A stretch of 64,000 nucleotides of DNA from Candidatus Cloacimonadota bacterium (lineage in GTDB: Bacteria; Cloacimonadota; Cloacimonadia; G963667145): assembly GCA_963676615.1 (NCBI GenBank), contig OY781092.1:1344001-1408000 (forward strand), given 5' to 3'. The notes below the pieces were generated by a model. The model was not told the DNA's origin and ran no database searches. It was given only the letters and a program-made list of their open reading frames with translations. The translations under genes were made by a program, and so were the position numbers. Positions 62,201 through 64,000 of this stretch are shown in pieces. Numbering within the stretch: the stretch's first letter is position 1; the number at the start of each line of letters is the position of its first letter.

Positions 62201-63999
62201 TTTTGCCATCTTACAGTAATTTCATCGTTACTTGTGCCTTTGGAAGCGCTAAACGAGTCCAAAGTCGTCTCAAACTCAAAGCCATACATTTGCCCAATCT
62301 CGTCCGAAGAGAACTCTATCACAACATCCTCGCGCGCCAATTTCGCCTTTAGCATATAATAGTAATAGCCGCCTTTTACAACATCCTCATCCAGATAGCT
62401 AAACAAAGTGTCGCCACCTGCCGCAGCCTCTCTTTTGGCAATATTGGTAATGTCAAAAATCGTCCAGTTTCCGCCTTGAGTTCGTTTATACAAGTCATAC
62501 TCCGTCGGCTCCACTGTCCCCAGGTTCACCTCTTTCAGCCAGCTAATGCCGATACCGCCAGAATCCACCTGAATATCGATACTGTCCAAAGTCAGCTTCT
62601 GATAGCCATAATCTGTCTCGGCAATCGAGAATATCGTATCCAAACCGACCTCTTTGTAAGCTCTGAGCTTATAGAAATACAGATGTCCGTCCACTGCGCC
62701 TGTGTCCACATAGAACAAGGTGTCGCCGTCTTGATCCAGAGGAGCGTCCCCTTTGCGCAAATCGATATACACGCTGGCGCCCGCAAAGTCGCTAGAGTTT
62801 TCTTTGCGATACAGCATAAAGTTCGTCGCTCCAGCCACCGTGTCAAACTTGACTTGAACCTGAAGCAAATTCTTGGTAACCCGCAGGTTCACTGGATCCA
62901 GCGGCAAAGCCCCAAAGCTCGAAGTGTCGCTAAATATCGAAACAGCTTTTCCGCCGCCATAGACCGTCTTCAGCTTGTAATAGTAAACGCTGCCACGCTT
63001 CAGCTCATAATCATCGTCAAAAATCGTGTCGTCCACCAGCTCATCCTCGTTCACATTGGCGATATTCTCAAAGCTGCCGCCGTCGGTGCTTCTGTAGATC
63101 TGATAGCCCAAAATGTCGCTGTTGCCATATCTCGGCAAATTCCAAGTCAACCGAATCTTATCTTGGAAAGTGCTGTTGGTCGCTTGCAGATTTTGTGCCG
63201 AAAGGCTGCGCACTGCGCCATCTATCGCACTCGAAACAGCCGAGAACACGCTATCTGGCGACCCTTGACGATACGCCCTTATCACAAAATTATACTCCGA
63301 AATCGAATCTTTGCTAGCGGCGAACTCGCTCGGCACAAAGTTGAGCGTCGTGTCAGAAGAGCTGCTCATCAACGCCAAAGTGTCGTAATTGTCGATAGAC
63401 ACATCTCCACTGCGGCTAGCAAATATCTGATAACCGCTGGCGTAGCGCACTGTATCCCAACGCAACTTGATATAAGAAGTGTCGGCAAATCCCGGCGCAT
63501 AGCGGTTGGAATCGTAAACCACCCTAAAGCTGGTCGGCATCGCTAGGCTCGCATAGCCAGAATCAGTTCGGCTAGAGTCCTGCAAATCAAATTTGTAAGA
63601 CTTAATCTTGTAATAATATTTCGTTCCTGGAATCAAATCCGAGTTGTAATCTTTATACGAAGTCCATCTCTCTTGCCCTGCACCAAGTTCCGCCAACCGT
63701 CGCCAATCCGCATCTCCCGCTTTCTGGCGATAAATCACCGCAGAGTCGATAAACTCTGGCGTGCTATACAAAATCTGCACCGTGTCCTCAAGGTCGCCCT
63801 TTGTCACCGTATCTATCTCTGGTGCTGGCGGGAAGATAAACCCAGTATCAGGCTCGGAATATTCCGAAATCAGCGTCTTCTCATAGACGCCATACGGAAT
63901 CTCCTCTCGCAACTCAACCACCGCTCTAACCTTATAGCTGTAGGTCCTGCCCTTATAAGTCTCACTATCGAAGAACCTATCGCCCACAGAGTCCACATA
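56266..63999 (-). CDS. Very large surface/secreted protein with FN3-like domains and GLUG-type beta-helix modules (5'-truncated by window edge)
   Basis: Open frame of more than 2570 codons to the window edge; N-terminal W...Y.IYR...D...G..YYY FN3 patterns; many VGG(L/I)VG turns; repeated PIG...F.G.FDG.G..I..L modules. Confidence 0.88.
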   Translation of the reverse strand, partial: YVDSVGDRFFDSETYKGRTYSYKVRAVVELREEIPYGVYEKTLISEYSEPDTGFIFPPAPEIDTVTKGDLEDTVQILYSTPEFIDSAVIYRQKAGDADWRRLAELGAGQERWTSYKDYNSDLIPGTKYYYKIKSYKFDLQDSSRTDSGYASLAMPTSFRVVYDSNRYAPGFADTSYIKLRWDTVRYASGYQIFASRSGDVSIDNYDTLALMSSSSDTTLNFVPSEFAASKDSISEYNFVIRAYRQGSPDSVFSAVSSAIDGAVRSLSAQNLQATNSTFQDKIRLTWNLPRYGNSDILGYQIYRSTDGGSFENIANVNEDELVDDTIFDDDYELKRGSVYYYKLKTVYGGGKAVSIFSDTSSFGALPLDPVNLRVTKNLLQVQVKFDTVAGATNFMLYRKENSSDFAGASVYIDLRKGDAPLDQDGDTLFYVDTGAVDGHLYFYKLRAYKEVGLDTIFSIAETDYGYQKLTLDSIDIQVDSGGIGISWLKEVNLGTVEPTEYDLYKRTQGGNWTIFDITNIAKREAAAGGDTLFSYLDEDVVKGGYYYYMLKAKLAREDVVIEFSSDEIGQMYGFEFETTLDSFSASKGTSNDEITVRWQKIKVSSWAEDYDLKERLLEKAPDTVSAYIIARENIQEGTVEYDTVVPSGLSPAVEAGDTIYTYTDDGSGMTPPVQGYLYKYSIMGMVQINNSPDKFYSPTISNDAKGTGFLDNSSTVFGAIYYHYDENNGNIDGFEITWGDNGTTPEGFIIEKATNATFDDNYEVDTIDLSSALKGILFTDSSFIDYQSTENAGDLGTLEIGRKYFYRLTQVNSFKYGSYSFRSGHDSKVYKYDNDTVFIYNVQDYNYIADGVTAGRFDDNDVFKLMDDLYFEDVPLKPAGSFNSHFAGSNKQIRFSSFDVSGNSLSSLAMFAEADGCLVDSLTVIVDGDGTEFAIATNLAVLAGVSQNSRYENVKIVLNNVNWNSTGDAGTAVAGAVAKSENDTLINIDVSGSSVTFSKTISSGYAAGVVGYTKGLYAKDIKVSFIDELNSVSNLVGGVVGYANGGSVVLENIEVSNIKKLEAKYIGSVVGSMLSVDSLSLKNVTVSNIESLEQSLGGSTVGYVVGNLDITKACSIENISVSGIGQVNISSTPLRMGAFGYGNFSGDLQIKDVNIVLPKETQLPSTNNTNYIGGVFGRLSGSIQVDFDNVVVDGNDEGGFSGNNLFNYYVGGLVGKFEASKANVNSVEVKNLNIDVSNTNIYEFKKAWVGLLFGQVPTVNIGSVNIEGCDIKVATKNPESGPDKYVGGLVGQVITRADFDENSNVSLGLSLTSSGENENTGIGPVGITAIGGLFGEAKVIAGLQADKVALDLQKLTIDEDNEPSTKTYFGLVAGKCDSWEKGDMHSSIWGNAQIDESNLQIDANNLYAGLLFGSLTLAESDTFVVENVEKFDVGINTRASAGCYIGLMAGEMSADDDDFFAVAKLENCDGATVKISENGYVSTGTYLGGLIGLMNNGKLVRSSVEGLVFSGSRNLKLVEGFLVGSLISDATIEECYAYNCFAERGSYLGMLVGKAQGGLVAKSYALQNKCNDFYKVGLFVGDAEGLPDATIAYCYSLENGDYEFSGVGGSQSYTSCGSLASVLMSGNIKSTTGYQMTDLTGYPSLVNNPQANMPQDNGLEMETGLFGSAYRITTPLQLDAIGDRRLANLVGGQENLPEWLQLDAEYELAVDLDFSDYSVDYTPIGYQGTETNFTGEFDGNGKRISNLVIEADDYGTTTSLYSNRGLFGVAKSSASVHDLWLDSLTVNGSSVLGCLFGNGSGGTKAERILVTNSSVTGSSSNVAIFGGYSNSNWKDLLSINNTVKSSSVFVGAIAGRGVVSNAVSVGDSVSGTDKVGGIVGEQSSGSVDNCYSLAKSISYTGSNVGKIAGNIDNGLRCDCYSLAETKFGSGYLIGTDPSGKNGGNLFYNHLQESDYQALLEDSDAWEFKPGAKYPTLKVFSDALDGQMQAPEMPLNKGTNAYEVSSLQDLAMVGGYTDSSFVLTANIDFDNQTYSPVIGDNLVPIGDLEYPFTGSFDGDGYQIEGLRLEDTTRDFRGLFGVVKGGNIHDLGLIDAKVNGENYVGALVGAFLSTDGQSDAVLEDVLVDEVEIDGDENVGGIAGAMHSVDANRVIIANAIVEGDKFVGGIAGTGSSSAELQNSLSLCKSIVTTGAGLPFRVANPNMTLTNNYSVTITEGNWLSSNDATDKCDGLALTRDSLQNEDTYGADGISDFLTNGWKWPGEALTGYPELKNMNIDGVLNWGFFEKGSGTPDSPYEVDKGYLFAMMNTEGYRDKHYVQTKNIDMTGEDFTPIGDPSNPFTGSYDGQGYEIKGLNCQSGNYVGFFGYVDGDSVVIERVYVLEPNFKGVTAVGGVVGSFRCESSEDAVVKNCLVRGGSIATNYQGGGVAGSNVIAEILNCIAVGVQIVATNPSLGMTGEVLGQLYSGNAEASGLVALGGNVGVTKYGNRVIGYEKSDPTYDLLYALNTTTVNGTEVTSDDPASLDGATVTTSTIQDENWWKDTPQFDITSGAPTKAEPWIWKTGADFPVLRGDINANLP

Positions 64000-64000
64000 A

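Noticed and set aside
55330..63999. Diversity-generating retroelement targeting the giant protein
   Set aside because: No reverse transcriptase and no template/variable repeat pair seen in the window.
1..64000. tRNA, rRNA, tmRNA or RNase P genes
   Set aside because: No recognisable conserved motifs in the intergenic regions by eye; a covariance-model scan would be needed to exclude them fully.

Overview
Bacterial chromosomal window, mostly housekeeping genes. The lineage cannot be fixed from sequence alone; gene order and content are compatible with an anaerobe of the FCB superphylum such as Cloacimonadota (inference). Left to right: an aromatic amino-acid cluster (partial tyrA, aroB, aroA, then trpL-attenuated fused trpE(G), trpD, trpC, trpF, trpB, trpA) interrupted by a BrnT-type toxin-antitoxin pair flanked by a 33-bp duplication of the aroA 3' end; a three-domain Rid protein; tpiA-serS-fmt-DUF116 plus a transglutaminase-like unknown; a small accessory block (ltaE, SIMPL, DUF3089); pssA-comF-SPOR-mutS; a short sigma-54 homologue lacking its core-binding domain; a gntP-family permease and glycerate kinase; an AT-rich type III restriction-modification island whose mod gene is frameshifted and carries palindromic in-frame inserts; trmH-family, radC, fic, higBA, nadE; a gene split by a complete IS256-family element (24-bp TIRs, 8-bp TSD); a long minus-strand operon from dnaE to folC; a ~1-kb repeat- and hairpin-rich intergenic region; and a >2500-aa FN3/GLUG-type surface protein running off the window end. 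No rRNA, tRNA or CRISPR array was seen. The most notable candidates are the mini sigma-54, several accessory modules bounded by short direct repeats with no integrase in the window (including a repeated AATTATGAC start-codon junction), and the structured intergenic region.
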